Of a stretch of 64,000 nucleotides of DNA, positions 51,770 to 62,866 are shown piece after piece. The stretch is from Chiloscyllium plagiosum (Eukaryota). The position numbers and the translations under genes were made by a program. The notes under the pieces are model-generated. The model was given only the letters and a program-made list of their open reading frames with translations. It searched no databases and was not told the origin of the DNA. Every line of letters begins with the position of its first letter. The stretch's first letter is position 1. The stretch is taken from NCBI RefSeq assembly GCF_004010195.1, contig NC_057719.1:78569502-78633501 (forward strand). Reading direction: 5' to 3'.

Positions 51770-52690
51770 ATTGAATTAAATTGAATTTATTGTCACGTGT
51801 ACCGAGGCACGGTGAAAAGCTTTGTCTTGTGAGCAATACAGGCAGATCACAGAGTTAAGTAGTATAAGTAGTAAATAATAGGTAAACAGCAGCAAAAACA
51901 AAAACACAGGTACAGGCAAATGTTAAGAGTTTCTAAGTCCATGCAGTATTCTAATAACAGTAGGGTAGAAACTGTTTTGAAACCAGCTGGCGCGTGTTCA
52001 GGCTTCTGTACCTTCTCCCCGATGGTAGAGGTTGTAGAAAAACATTGCCAGGGTGGGATGGATCTTTAAGAATGCTGGTGGCCTTTCCTCGACAGTGGGC
52101 CTGGTAAATGGATTCTTTAGATGGGAGGTTGGCCTTTGTGATTGTCTGGGCCGAGTTCACCACTCTCTGTAACCATCTCCAATCTTGAATGGTACAGTTG
52201 CCCTACCAGGTAGTGATACATCCAGACAGAATGCTCTCGATGGAGCACCTATAAAAGTTGGCAAGGGTATTTGCCGTCATACCAAATTTCCCCAGCTGCC
52301 TGAGGAAGAAGAGACGTTGTTGGGCCTTTGTAACCAGTTCGTCTACATGAAAAGTCCAAGAAAGCTTGTTGTGGTTGACCACTCCCAGGAGCTTGACACT
52401 CTCTACTCGTTCCACCTCTGTGCTGTTAATGCCTAGGGGGTGCATGAGTAACATCCAGCCAAAAGTCAATAATGAGTTCCTTGGTTTTGCTGGTATTGAG
52501 AGCTAGGTTGTTCTCCGTGCACCATTATTCCAGGTCTTCCACCTTCTGTCTGTAGTCTGTGTCGTCGCCATCTGTGATTCGACCGACTATGGTGGTGTCA
52601 TCAGCGAACTTGTAAATGGCATTAGTCTGGTATTTGGCGACGCAGTCATGGGTATACAGTGAGTACAGTCGGGGATGAGTATACACCCGC
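51770..52690 (-). mobile_element. Rex1/Babar-type LINE 3' fragment nested in an older CR1 tail (~51620-51769 and ~52691-52935)
   Basis: LYSLYTHDCVAK...IYKFADDTTIVGRI; KAQQRLFFLRQL...FYRCSIESILSGCITTW; ILKDPSHPG...LPSGRRYRSL; (TTCAA)n-like tail. Confidence 0.85.
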
Positions 52691-53246
52691 GTTACTGTTC
52701 GAAAATCTATCTTTGCCTTGAATACATTCGACAAGGTAGCCTCAACCTCCCTACTTCTATCATATTTATTCCCTTCCTAATTTTAAATGTTTCTATAGGA
52801 TCGCCCTCATTCTTCTAAATTGCAATGAGTGTAGTCCCAGTCTACTCAATCTCTCCCCATAAGCCAACCCACTCAACTCTGGAATCTATCTAATGAACCT
52901 CCTTTGCACCCCTCCAGTGCCAGTACATAATTTCTCAAGTCCAGTGGATCCACCAGAACAAAGGAACTTGCCTCTACCTGATTGTCCAAATTTTAATTAT
53001 TTTTTAAATTGTATGTCTCCCAAATATTATAAGGGCAGATGAAACTCCTCTGTAAATATTGCCCAACAGAAATGATTAGAGGTTGGGTTCCCTGTGCTTT
53101 TGAATACAATAGCCTGAACGAAACATTTTAATTTTCAATCGTTCATAATTTATTATAATGAAAATCATGCAATTCAGTGTTTTTGTAAAAAGTCAAAATC
53201 ACGAAACAAAATAAATTCTTGCAAGAAAAGGATACTGCCCTAAATT

Positions 53247-53391
53247 CTAAAAACTTACAACAGGTACAAAATTTTCAAAGCTCGGTAGAAAATCATAAAA
53301 TATGACAGTAAGGTTATCGGAATTCTTGAGAGTGTGAGACTCATGAAGTTCAGAATGATTCTGAAGTGAATCAAAATGAATTTTAACGCAC
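53247..53391 (-). CDS. Candidate exon (CVKIHFDSLQ...VIFYDFLPSFENFVPV); donor after 53259 or read-through to stop at 53247
   Basis: ccaatatttttag|G TGC GTT...CCT GTT|gtaagt; TGCATG (53166-53171) and AATAAA (53149-53154) downstream on the minus strand. Confidence 0.4.
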
Positions 53392-54619
53392 CTAAAAATA
53401 TTGGAGTGATTTTAAAACAGTTACAGTGAACTCTTGTGATTGTAGAAAATGTTTCTTGGATCATTGAGCGGAATCTCAGGATTATCAGAAGTAAATGTGT
53501 GACATTTTTCAGAGGGATTTTGCCATGAGGCTGAGTGAGATTTTTCACCTCTTTAACTCTCTACCCCATCTCTGTGGTGTCCCCCTTGTCTGATACTATC
53601 CTCATTTTACCATGTGCAATCCCAGAACAACTTGCCATACAGCAGATATCCGCCAAAAGACTGCCATCCTGGCTCCTGTGCCATTTTTCAAAGGCAGCTC
53701 TGCACCCAGTGAGTGTTGGAAGTCCTACATTGCCCTTCACCTGCAAGGTAATGGCACCCTGCTTATGACATTTTGCTGGGATTGCCTGCCACTCCTTCAT
53801 ACATACAACCCCATTCTCTCTCCCTAGTTGCTTTTTAACCATCAGCCCACGCATTTTACCTTTCCTTAGCTACATCCTATCTGAATATCTACTCAAGGTC
53901 ACCGCCACACAGTCGCCAGTGCCCACTGTAAACCCGCAGCCTATCACTGTCCAGTAAGAGAACGTCACATACTGGCAAGCGATTGGACAATTCCTTACAT
54001 TATCTTTTATCAACAGACAACAGAAGTGACGACAAACATAGCAAATAGAGGCTGCAGTTTACTCACACAATGCAAACCAGATGTTGGCATGACGACCAAT
54101 GTCTGTTGAAGTTCCTTGAAGGTTTTCTACACCCAGCTCTCGTTCAGCACAGAAACTCACCCTTTGGTCCAAACAGTCCATGCTGAACATAATCCCAAAC
54201 TAAACTAGTCCCACTTCCTTGCTCCTTTCCCATATCTCTCCAAACATTTCCTATTCATGTTCTTACCTTAGCATCTTTTTAAACTGTTTAATTGTGCCCA
54301 CAACCACCACTTCCTCCATGTGTGAACACCCTCTGTGTACAAAAAAGGCCCTTGTGTATTTTTTAATTCTCTCTCCTCTCACCTTAAAAAATATACCCCC
54401 TTATCTTGAAATACCCCCATTCTAGGGAAACAACACCTAGCTATACCCATCATGATTAAGTCTACACCTCTATAATGTCATTTCTCAACCATCTAACTCC
54501 AGTGAAGAAAAAGTCCTAGCATATCCAAACTTTCTTTATACCTCAATCCTTCCACACTCAGCAACATCCTGGTATATCTTTTCTGAACCCTGTCCAGGTT
54601 AATAATATCCTTCCTCTGC

Positions 54620-54880
54620 AGGAACCGGGTGTCAGTCAGGACCTGACTTCCTTGTGGCACTCGATGCAGCTGAGCTCTATCATGGACAAATTGAACTTTC
54701 TCCTTCCTGAAATCCGTGTCCTCCTCCTCGGAAGGTTGCTCCCATTCTCCCAGTTTCTGAGTTTCCAGCACATTTCCCCCATTGCCTGCTCCAGCTGTGC
54801 AGAGCACAGCTCGGCCTGGCAATACTGGAGGGTCCTCGAACCAATCAATGCAGTGGAACCGTATCTTCAAGGCTGGTTTT
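54620..54880 (-). pseudogene. Harbinger/HARBI1-like DDE transposase C-terminal remnant
   Basis: LKIRFHCID...(frameshift)TLQYC...acidic SEEED...VLTDTRF resembles LKMRFRCLD..GALQY.. of Harbinger transposases. Confidence 0.55.
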
Positions 54881-54965
54881 TGGCTGCTCCACTGTGGCCC
54901 TGTTTGCAGCATGAATGCCAACTTGATGAAGGTGCTGTGCCAGCGAGGGACCTCCACATCATAAT

Positions 54966-55104
54966 GAATGCAACGGAAAGTTGAATGATTGATGTGGGTC
55001 TGGGATGGGAAGGGGTTTGGAGTACAGCGGGTATGTATTCCACTGTATTCCAAATGCCTTCCCATCCCAGACCCACATCAATCTTTCAAATTTCCATTGC
55101 ATTC
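54966..55104. repeat. Long near-perfect hairpin (65-bp arms, 9-nt loop)
   Basis: gaatgcaacggaaag...gtacagcgg versus ccactgtattcc...ccattgcattc; about 7 mismatches. Confidence 0.92.
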
Positions 55105-55990
55105 TGAGTGCCCGTTGTCAAGCTTACATAACAGATGATGTAACATTGTTCCCTCCTCCCAGAACACCCCTGGAATGGTTAAGTATTGGGGCACTTTGAG
55201 ACAGCATTCACTTTCTTTGAAGCCATTGCTGTTAGGCTCTGCATCACTGAAACGCCAGTGTTAGATTTGCAAGTACCAGTAGCATGGTACAATTTGCCTT
55301 AGACCAGCATTTGAACTCTAAACACGTTCCCCCCCACAAATAGGTGAAGAATCTATAGGGAATTAAACATAGGTGGGGTTTGCAGATGGCAGCTTAGTGT
55401 ACTTGCTTCAGTGCTCTAAACCCAGTAGAGGATGTTCGCCCATTGAAATAACACTAACCCCGCCCACCCTGGACATTGTCACTGCTGTTTTCCAGTTACA
55501 TTTCACGTCTGAAGAACATTAAGTAACAATAGAGAACACAGTTCGTGGTGAACACTATCACACATGGTCACCAGGTTCCTGTCCAAGAGTTTCCATGCCC
55601 CTTTTACTTTCCTCTGCCCAGAAAGTCCTTTCCAACCTATACTCTCAATATTGAACTTTGCCTCCACTGTCATTTCTTTCCACTGACATCTAACATTACA
55701 CCTTAATAATTGATTCTCTATGCTCCTTCTGAGCAGGCCATGTTAATAGGAACTGCCAATAACCTCTTCTTCCATAGCCTGCCATGTCCTTGGATGCTGT
55801 CCTGTCTATCCCTCACTTACCTTGACTTTCCACACCCATTATTACCCTCTCTCCATATCTCTACTTCCCCCATCACAGCCTTGACGCCCCAGCACTTTTT
55901 GCAGTGTTCCCCCAGATGTGTCTACTGCCCTCATTTCATTCCCACCCTGTCCCCACACTCTCCTCAATGATTGATGCACAGATCCCAGTA

Positions 55991-56160
55991 CAAGAGGAAC
56001 CTTGATTATCCGGCATTCAAGCGAATTTTGAATGGTCTGAACAAGCTTGCAAGGTCCCGGTGCTTGGCTACACTATGTTATACGGCATCAATTATCTGGC
56101 ATTTGATTAACTGAATGAATATTCCCTGCCCATGTCCTTCAGATAATCGAGGTTCCTCTG
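55991..56160. mobile_element. Tc1/mariner (pogo/Tigger-like) MITE
   Basis: TA|caagaggaaccttgattatccg ... cagataatcgaggttcctctg|TA: ~21-bp TIRs and TA TSD. Confidence 0.85.
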
Positions 56161-57369
56161 TACAGTGCCCACTCCAGATCTCTGACTGACTTCAGTGAGC
56201 AGTCGCTGGACATGACTGACCACTGTCTTTGCAACTCCCTGCCCGATGATAGGTGGCTCCTCCAACTGTTGCCTCTGACCCTCCAGGACTGTCAGGATTG
56301 ATGGCTGTCCACTCCTTGGATTGTACTGGGACAGATCCACTGACAGCCAATATCCCTGAGTGGATGACAGGCTGTGATGGGGCCCCCGCACTGTGTACGG
56401 ACTATGCTCATGATGGAACCACCTGCCCACAAGTACCATCCCCTCCCTTGACTGGACTGAGGTTTATCTGCCGCCAGTTTCCCATGAGGCTGAGTGGTTG
56501 AATGAGCACTGTAGGGATTCTATGAACGGACATGTTAATAAGAGGCAGTGAAGTGAGCAGGGAGGACACTCCTGTAGGATATGCCAACCTGGGCTGAATA
56601 GATTTTTTTAAAGTGTGGTACACTCCAACTAAGTCTTTTCACACTTTTCTGCTGGCATCTGTCAATGCTCTGCATCTTGCCGCCTCCTTCTGCATTGACA
56701 CATATTCTGCGTATCTTCCTGTCACTGTCACAGACTCATAGCTTCACTGCTCCAGGCTCGTTCACTAGCAGATTCACTTGTAACCACTGCTAGTATCTCT
56801 GGCCACCAGCTGATGTCCTGGGCCAGCCTCTGATCACACATGGACTCCACATGCCTCCTTGATGCCTTAATTCCCACTGGACAATGTGTCTGCCTCACAG
56901 CCCTTGAACATCTCCTGGGTTCAGTCCATCTCCAAAACTCTCTGAGAAGATGGACGCTGACTTGCTGATGCTACAATTTGACTGCATCCTATTGATGAGA
57001 CAACTGTATCCTATCGCTTTTATTTTCATTCATTCATGGGGTGTCGGCATCACTGACGAAGCCAGCATTTTTTTTTTGCCCTTTTGTAATTTGCTTTTGA
57101 GATGACAATGATAAGTTGCCTTCTTCAACTGCTGAGGTCCTTGTGGTATAGGCACACCCCTAGTGCTGAGGGAAAGGAGCTCCACAATTCTAACACAGTG
57201 ACAGCGAATTAGTGGACCTCTTTCGCATCTCCTCTGTTATCTGCTTACAAGATATATAAACTAATATTATAATTATTTGTAAGAATTAACATATTCGTAA
57301 TCACCATTGTGCTCACATGACCTGAATTCCATTGGAGAGTTTTAATTATGAAGAGAGATTGGACACACC

Positions 57370-57820
57370 ATGTTGCCTGGTCTGGAGGGTTTTAGTTTTG
57401 AGGAGAGGTTGGATAAACTCTGATCTTTTTCACTGGAAAGTCAGAGGCTGAGGTGCCAGCTAACAGAGGTCTACAAAATTGAGAGGCGTAGGTAAGGCAG
57501 ATAGTCAGAGGGATTTTCCCAGGGTGGAAAAGCCAACCACAAGAGGGTCGTTCAAGGTGAGAGTGGGAAAGTTTAAGAGGAGAAGTGCAGGGAAAATGTT
57601 TCACACAGAGGATGCTGGGTACATGGAATGCACTGCAGTGGACGTGGTGGGAGCAGTCACGTTAGCAACGTTTAAGGCTTATCTTGATAGACACATGAAT
57701 GGGAGGTGAACAGAGGGATAGAAACTGTAGACAGGCAACAAGTAGTGGGTCTAAATAAGTATTAGGAATCAGTGCAGGCTTGGTGAGCAGAAGGGCCTGT
57801 TCTTATGCTGTGTTGTATTG
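57370..57820 (+). mobile_element. Degenerate CR1 3' end
   Basis: ORF 57479..57709 ...FKVRVGKFKR...ATFKAYLDRHMN; gaagggcctgttc tail. Confidence 0.8.
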
Positions 57821-57974
57821 TTTATTATTGCATTAACTGGGTTTGTTTTCTTTGAAGCAGAGAAGATTGAGGGATGATGTGATTGAGATGTGTAAAATTT
57901 TATGGGGCACAGACAAGATAAAACATTTCCTCTTGGTATAGGGATCAATGAGCAGGGGTATAGGTTTAAGGAAA

Positions 57975-58256
57975 CCCCGCCATAGCAGATGGTGACATTT
58001 GAAGCCAATTTTATTTTTTAAAAACCTGGAATTAAAAGTCTAATGATGACCATGAATTCATTGTCGGTTGTCAGAAAAACCCATCTAGTTCACTAATGTC
58101 CTTTAGGGAAGGAAACTGCCATCCTTACCTGGTCTGGCCTACATGTGACTCCAGACCTACAGCAATATGGTTGACTCTTAATCGCCCTCTGGGCAATTAG
58201 GGATGGGCAATAAATGCTGGCCCAGCCAGTGACGCCCTCATCTTGTGAATAAATAG
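57975..58256 (+). mobile_element. Second short interspersed repeat family (related fragments at ~33995-34100, ~42810-42890, ~57025-57200)
   Basis: gttcactaatgtcctttagggaagg...gggcaattagggatgggcaataaatgctggcc tail recurs elsewhere in the window. Confidence 0.65.
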
Positions 58257-58428
58257 AGAAAAAAAGGAAAGGGACAGAAGGTTTAGAGGGAACATAAGGA
58301 ATTTTCTTTTTCACTCAGGGGGTGGTGGGAATTTGGGACTCACTACCTGTAAGGGTGATGGAGACAGAAACCCTCATAGCATTTACGAGATATTTAGATA
58401 TACACTTGCAAAGCAAGGCATATATGAC

Positions 58429-58569
58429 TGGAAAAGCACAGCAGGTCAGGCAGCATCCAAGGAACAGGAGAATCGACATTTTGGGCATAAGCCCTTCTTC
58501 AGGAATTCTTTTCCAGCAACACATTTTCAGCTCTGATCTCCAGCATCTGCAGTCCTCACTTTCTCCTCG
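58429..58569. mobile_element. Family-1 PLE mini-element with 14-bp TSD
   Basis: aaggcatatatgac at 58415-58428 and 58570-58583. Confidence 0.85.
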
Positions 58570-58971
58570 AAGGCATATATGACGACAAGCTACGTGCTGG
58601 AAGATGGAATTAGAATAGTTAGGTGGTTAGTTTTGACCGGTACAGATTCAGTGGGCCAAAGGGTCTTTTTCTGTGTGGTAGACATCTGGGGTTCTTTCAA
58701 GATCCGTTTAAATGTTAAGCTGGTTCCATTCCTGTCCTTTTTGTTTCCTGACCCTCTTTAATCTCCAGTCTGCTGCTTCCTCGTCCTGTCACCATATCCC
58801 ATAATTTCCTTTTCCTTTCTGACCCTCTGGCACCCTGTCCACGATAATGAATCACGATTTAAAGCACAAGGTGATATTGAATTTGCACATTACAAGATGT
58901 TGGTATCAAATGAAGTGCCAAGAAAATGTAAATTCACTTTGTGAATGAGTTCTGATCCTTAGCACAGGGGA

Positions 58972-59064
58972 GATTTGTTGTAAAATACAGAAAAAATAGT
59001 TTTGTTGCTGTGACCAATGTGACTTGTTGTAAAATACAGAAAAATTAGTTTTGTTGCTGTGACC
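58972..59064. repeat. Tandem duplication, ~49-bp period x 2
   Basis: ttgttgtaaaatacagaaaaa(a/t)tagttttgttgctgtgacc occurs twice. Confidence 0.9.
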
Positions 59065-59139
59065 GATTTAATGATCATGTTGCAATGAAGATACCGATCC
59101 CAGTGTAATTTCAGAACTGCTTTATATGATTTTATTCCA

Positions 59140-61420
59140 TGTCTTGTCAAGAGGAAGAAGAAGGCTTATGATAGGATGAGATGTGCAGGCTCAGTTAGGG
59201 TGTTTAAGAATTACAAATTAGCCAGGAAAAGCTTAAAGGAAGAATTAAGAAGAGCCAAGAGAGGACATGAGAAGTCATTGACGGATCGGAGCAAGGAAAA
59301 CCCTAAGGCTTTCTATAGGTATATCAGGAATAAAAGAATGATGAGAGTAAGATTAGGGCCAATCAAGGATAGGAGTGGGAAGTTGTGTATGGAGTCAGAG
59401 GAGATAAGGGAAGTATTAAATGAATATTTTTCATCAGTATTCATACTAAAAAAAGACAATGTTGTCAAGGAGAATACTGAGATACAGGTTACTAGACTAG
59501 ATAGGATTGAGGTTCACAAGGAGGAGGTGTTAGCAATTATGGAAAGCTAAAAAATAGATAAGTCCCCTGGGCCAGATGGGATTTATCCTAGGATTTTCTG
59601 GAAAGCCAAGGAGGAGATTGCTGAGCCTTTGGCTTTGATCTTATTGTCGTCATTGTCTACAGGAATAGTGCCAGAAAACTGGAGGATAGCAAATGTTGTT
59701 CCCTTGCTCAAGAAGGGGAGTAGAGACAGCCTTAGAAATTATAGACCAGTGAGCGTTCTTTCGGTTGTGGGTAAAATATTGTAAAAGGATACAGGAGATA
59801 GAATTTATAATAATCTAGAAAGGAATAAGTTGATTAGGGATAGTCAACACGGTTTTGTGAAGGGTAGGTCATGCCTCACAAACCTTATTGAGTTCTTTTA
59901 GAAGGTGACCAAACAGGTGGATGAGGGTAAAGTGGTTGACGTGGTGTATATGGATTTCAATAAGGCGTTTGATAAGGTTCCCCACAGTAGGCTATTGCAC
60001 AAAATACAGAGGCATGGGATTGAGGGTGATTTAGTGGTTTGGATTAGAAATTGGCTAGCTGAAAGAAGACAGAGGGTGGTGGTTGATGGGAAATGTTCAC
60101 CCTGCAGTTCAGTTACTAGTGGTATACCCCTAGGATCTGTTTTGGGTCCACTGCTGTTTGTCATTTTTATAAATGACCTGGATGAAGGCATAGAAGGATG
60201 TGTTAGTAAATTTGCGAATGACACTAAGGTCGGTGGAGTTGTGGATAGTGATGAATGATATTGTAGGTTACTGAGGGACATAGATAAGCTGCAGAGGTGG
60301 AAAATGGAGTTTAATGCAGAAAAGTGTGAAGTGGTTCACTTTGGAAGGAGTAACAGGAACACAGAGTACTGGGCTAATGGTAAGATTCTTGGTAGTGTAG
60401 ATGAGCAGAGGGATCTCGGTGTCCATGTACATATACCCCTGAAAGTTGCCACCCAGCTTGATAGCGTTGTTAAGAAGGCATACAGTGTGTTAGCTTTTAT
60501 TGGTCAAGGGATTGAGTTTCGGAACCATGAGATCATTCTGAGGCTGTACAAAACTCTGGTGCAACCACATTTGGAGTATTGCGTACAGTTCTGTTCACTG
60601 CATTTTAGGAAGAATGTGGAAGCGATGGAAGGAGTTCAGAGGACATTTACTGGAATGTTGCCTGGTATGGAGGGAAGGTCTTACAAGGAAGGGCTGAGGG
60701 ACTTGAGGCGGTTTTCATTAGAGAGAAGAAGGTTGAGAGGTGACTTAATTGAGACATAAGATAATCAGAAGGTTAGATAGGTTGGACAGCAAGAGCCTTT
60801 TTCCTCGGATGGCAACGGCTAGCACAAGGGGACATAGCTTTAAATTGAGGGGTGATAGATATAGGACAGAGGTCAGAGGTAGTTTCTTTACTCAGAGAGT
60901 AGTTGGGGCATGGAACACACTGCCTGCAACAGTAGTGGACTCGCCAACTTTAAGGGAATTTAAATGGTCATTGGATAGGCATATGGATGAAAATGGAGTA
61001 GTGTCGGTTAGATGGGCTTCACAGGTTGGCGTAACATCGAGGGCTGAAGGGCCTGTACTTAGATTAGATTCCCTACAGTATGGAAACAGGCCCTTCAGCC
61101 CAGCAAGTCCATACCAACCTTCCAAAGAGTAACCCACCCAGACCCATTCCTCATATTTCCCCCTAACTAATGCACCCAACACTATGGGCAATTTAGCATG
61201 GCCAAGTCACCTGACCTGCACATCTTTGGACTGTGAGAGGAAACCAGAGCACCCGGAGGAAACCCACGCAGACACAGTGAGAATGTGCAAACTCCACACA
61301 GCCAGTCACCCAAGGTGGGAATTGAACCCGGGTCCCTGGTGCTGTGAAGCAGCAGTGCTAACCACTGAGCCACTGTGTCACCCCAAGCTACTGTGCCATT
61401 CCAATGTTCTATATATTATG
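59140..61420 (+). mobile_element. 5'-truncated CR1 LINE (linker, RT, 3' end), with a SINE inserted in its tail
   Basis: KENPKAFYRYIRNKR, MDFNKAFDKVPH, GSVLGPLLFVIFINDLD, KFAND, HLEYCVQF, TRGHSFKL; multiple stops. Confidence 0.92.
61060..61384 (-). mobile_element. HE1-like V-SINE
   Basis: Reverse-complement SINE consensus splitting the LINE tail gggcctgtact|...|gtgcc. Confidence 0.9.
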
Positions 61421-61894
61421 TGAAAGTGCAGGGTTAAATAATGCTGGTCATATTGATTCAACCCATGACTGGACTCAATGCTATTTGTTTGAGAGACAGA
61501 TATTCAGTATATTGGATTCATTACTTCAATATATACAGGCTGTATTTTGCACTTTCTGGCACTGTATTCAGGGTTGAACAGGAAGTCATAGTTCAGCAAA
61601 TAAATTACCAGTCTGCCAACTAATGGGTCGTCAGTGAGAATTCTGGGCCAATTAGCATTGTGAAGGAGAGACAGCAACACCACTGGGCACCGAGGGCAGG
61701 ACATCCAGTGGGAGATAGGTCAGGCTGTGAACCTGATGAGTTCCGGTCGCCAATTTGAATGCTCCCTTCCCTCTCACTCACTCTCATCCTGAACTATTTG
61801 GTCAGCCTGCAAAAATGGAGCCCATACATTTTACAGACAGCCAAGTACCACCACCTGGAGTTGGAGTTGATGTTGTTGCATGTAGCTATGGTCC

Positions 61895-62866
61895 CGTATC
61901 CTTTGCCTCCGCCGGATCTGCTCCCAGGAGGACCAGTTCCACCACAGAACACACCAGATGGCCTCCTTCTTTAGAGACCGCAATTTCCCTTCCCACGTGG
62001 TTAAAGATGCCCTCCAACGCATCTCGTCCACATCCCGCACCTCCGCCCTCAGACCCAACCCCCCCAACCGCAACAAGGACAGAACGCCCATCAAAGTTTT
62101 ACCTGCACATCCACTAATATCATTTATTGTATCCGTTGCTCCCGATGCGGTCTCCTCTACATTGGGGAGACTGGGCGCCTCCTAGCAGAGCGCTCTAGGG
62201 ANNNNNNNNNNNNNNNNNNNNNNNNNNNNNNNNNNNNNNNNNNNNNNNNNNNNNNNNNNNNNNNNNNNNNNNNNNNNNNNNNNNNNNNNNNNNNNNNNNN
62301 NNNNNNNNNNNNNNNNNNNNNNNNNNNNNNNNNNNNNNNNNNNNNNNNNNNNNNNNNNNNNNNNNNNNNNNNNNNNNNNNNNNNNNNNNNNNNNNNNNNN
62401 NNNCACCTCCGCTCCCTCACCACCAGACGCCTGGAGGATGAACGCCTCATCTTCCGCCTCGGAGCACTTCAACCCCAGGGCATCAATGTGGACTTCAACA
62501 GTTTCCTCATTTCCCCTTCCCCCACCTCACCCTAGTTCCAAACTTCCAGCTCAGCACTGTCCCCATGACTTGTCCGGACTTGTCCTACCTGCCTATCTCC
62601 TTTTCCACCTATCCATTCCACCCTCTCCTCCCTGACCTATCACCTTCATCCCCATCCCCATATATTGTACTCTCTGCTACTTTCTCTCCACCCCCACCCT
62701 CTAGCTTAGCTATCCACGCTTCAGGCTCTCTGCCTTTATTCCTGATGAAGGGCTTTTGCCCGAAACGTCAATTTCACTGCTCCTTGAATGCTGCCTGAAC
62801 TGCTGTGCTCTTCCAGCACCACTCATCCAGAATCTGGTTTCCAGCATCTGCAGTCATTGTTTTTAC
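61895..62866 (+). mobile_element. Penelope-like element remnant: RT thumb, GIY-YIG endonuclease, 3'UTR with hammerhead
   Basis: LRRICSQEDQFHHRTHQMASFFRDRNFP; FTCTSTNIIYCIRCSRCGLLYIGETGRLLAER (the Cys pattern suggests the Neptune-like clade); ERLIFRLGALQPQGINVDF; internal deletion and N-gap. Confidence 0.92.
62742..62769 (+). ncRNA. Minimal type-I hammerhead ribozyme motif in PLE 3' region
   Basis: CTGATGA-A-GGGC TTTT GCCC-GAAAC-GTC. Confidence 0.8.

Noticed and set aside
53561..53854. ORF faintly resembling a Harbinger transposase N-terminus
   Set aside because: Similarity is weak and its position downstream of the C-terminal remnant is inconsistent with one element
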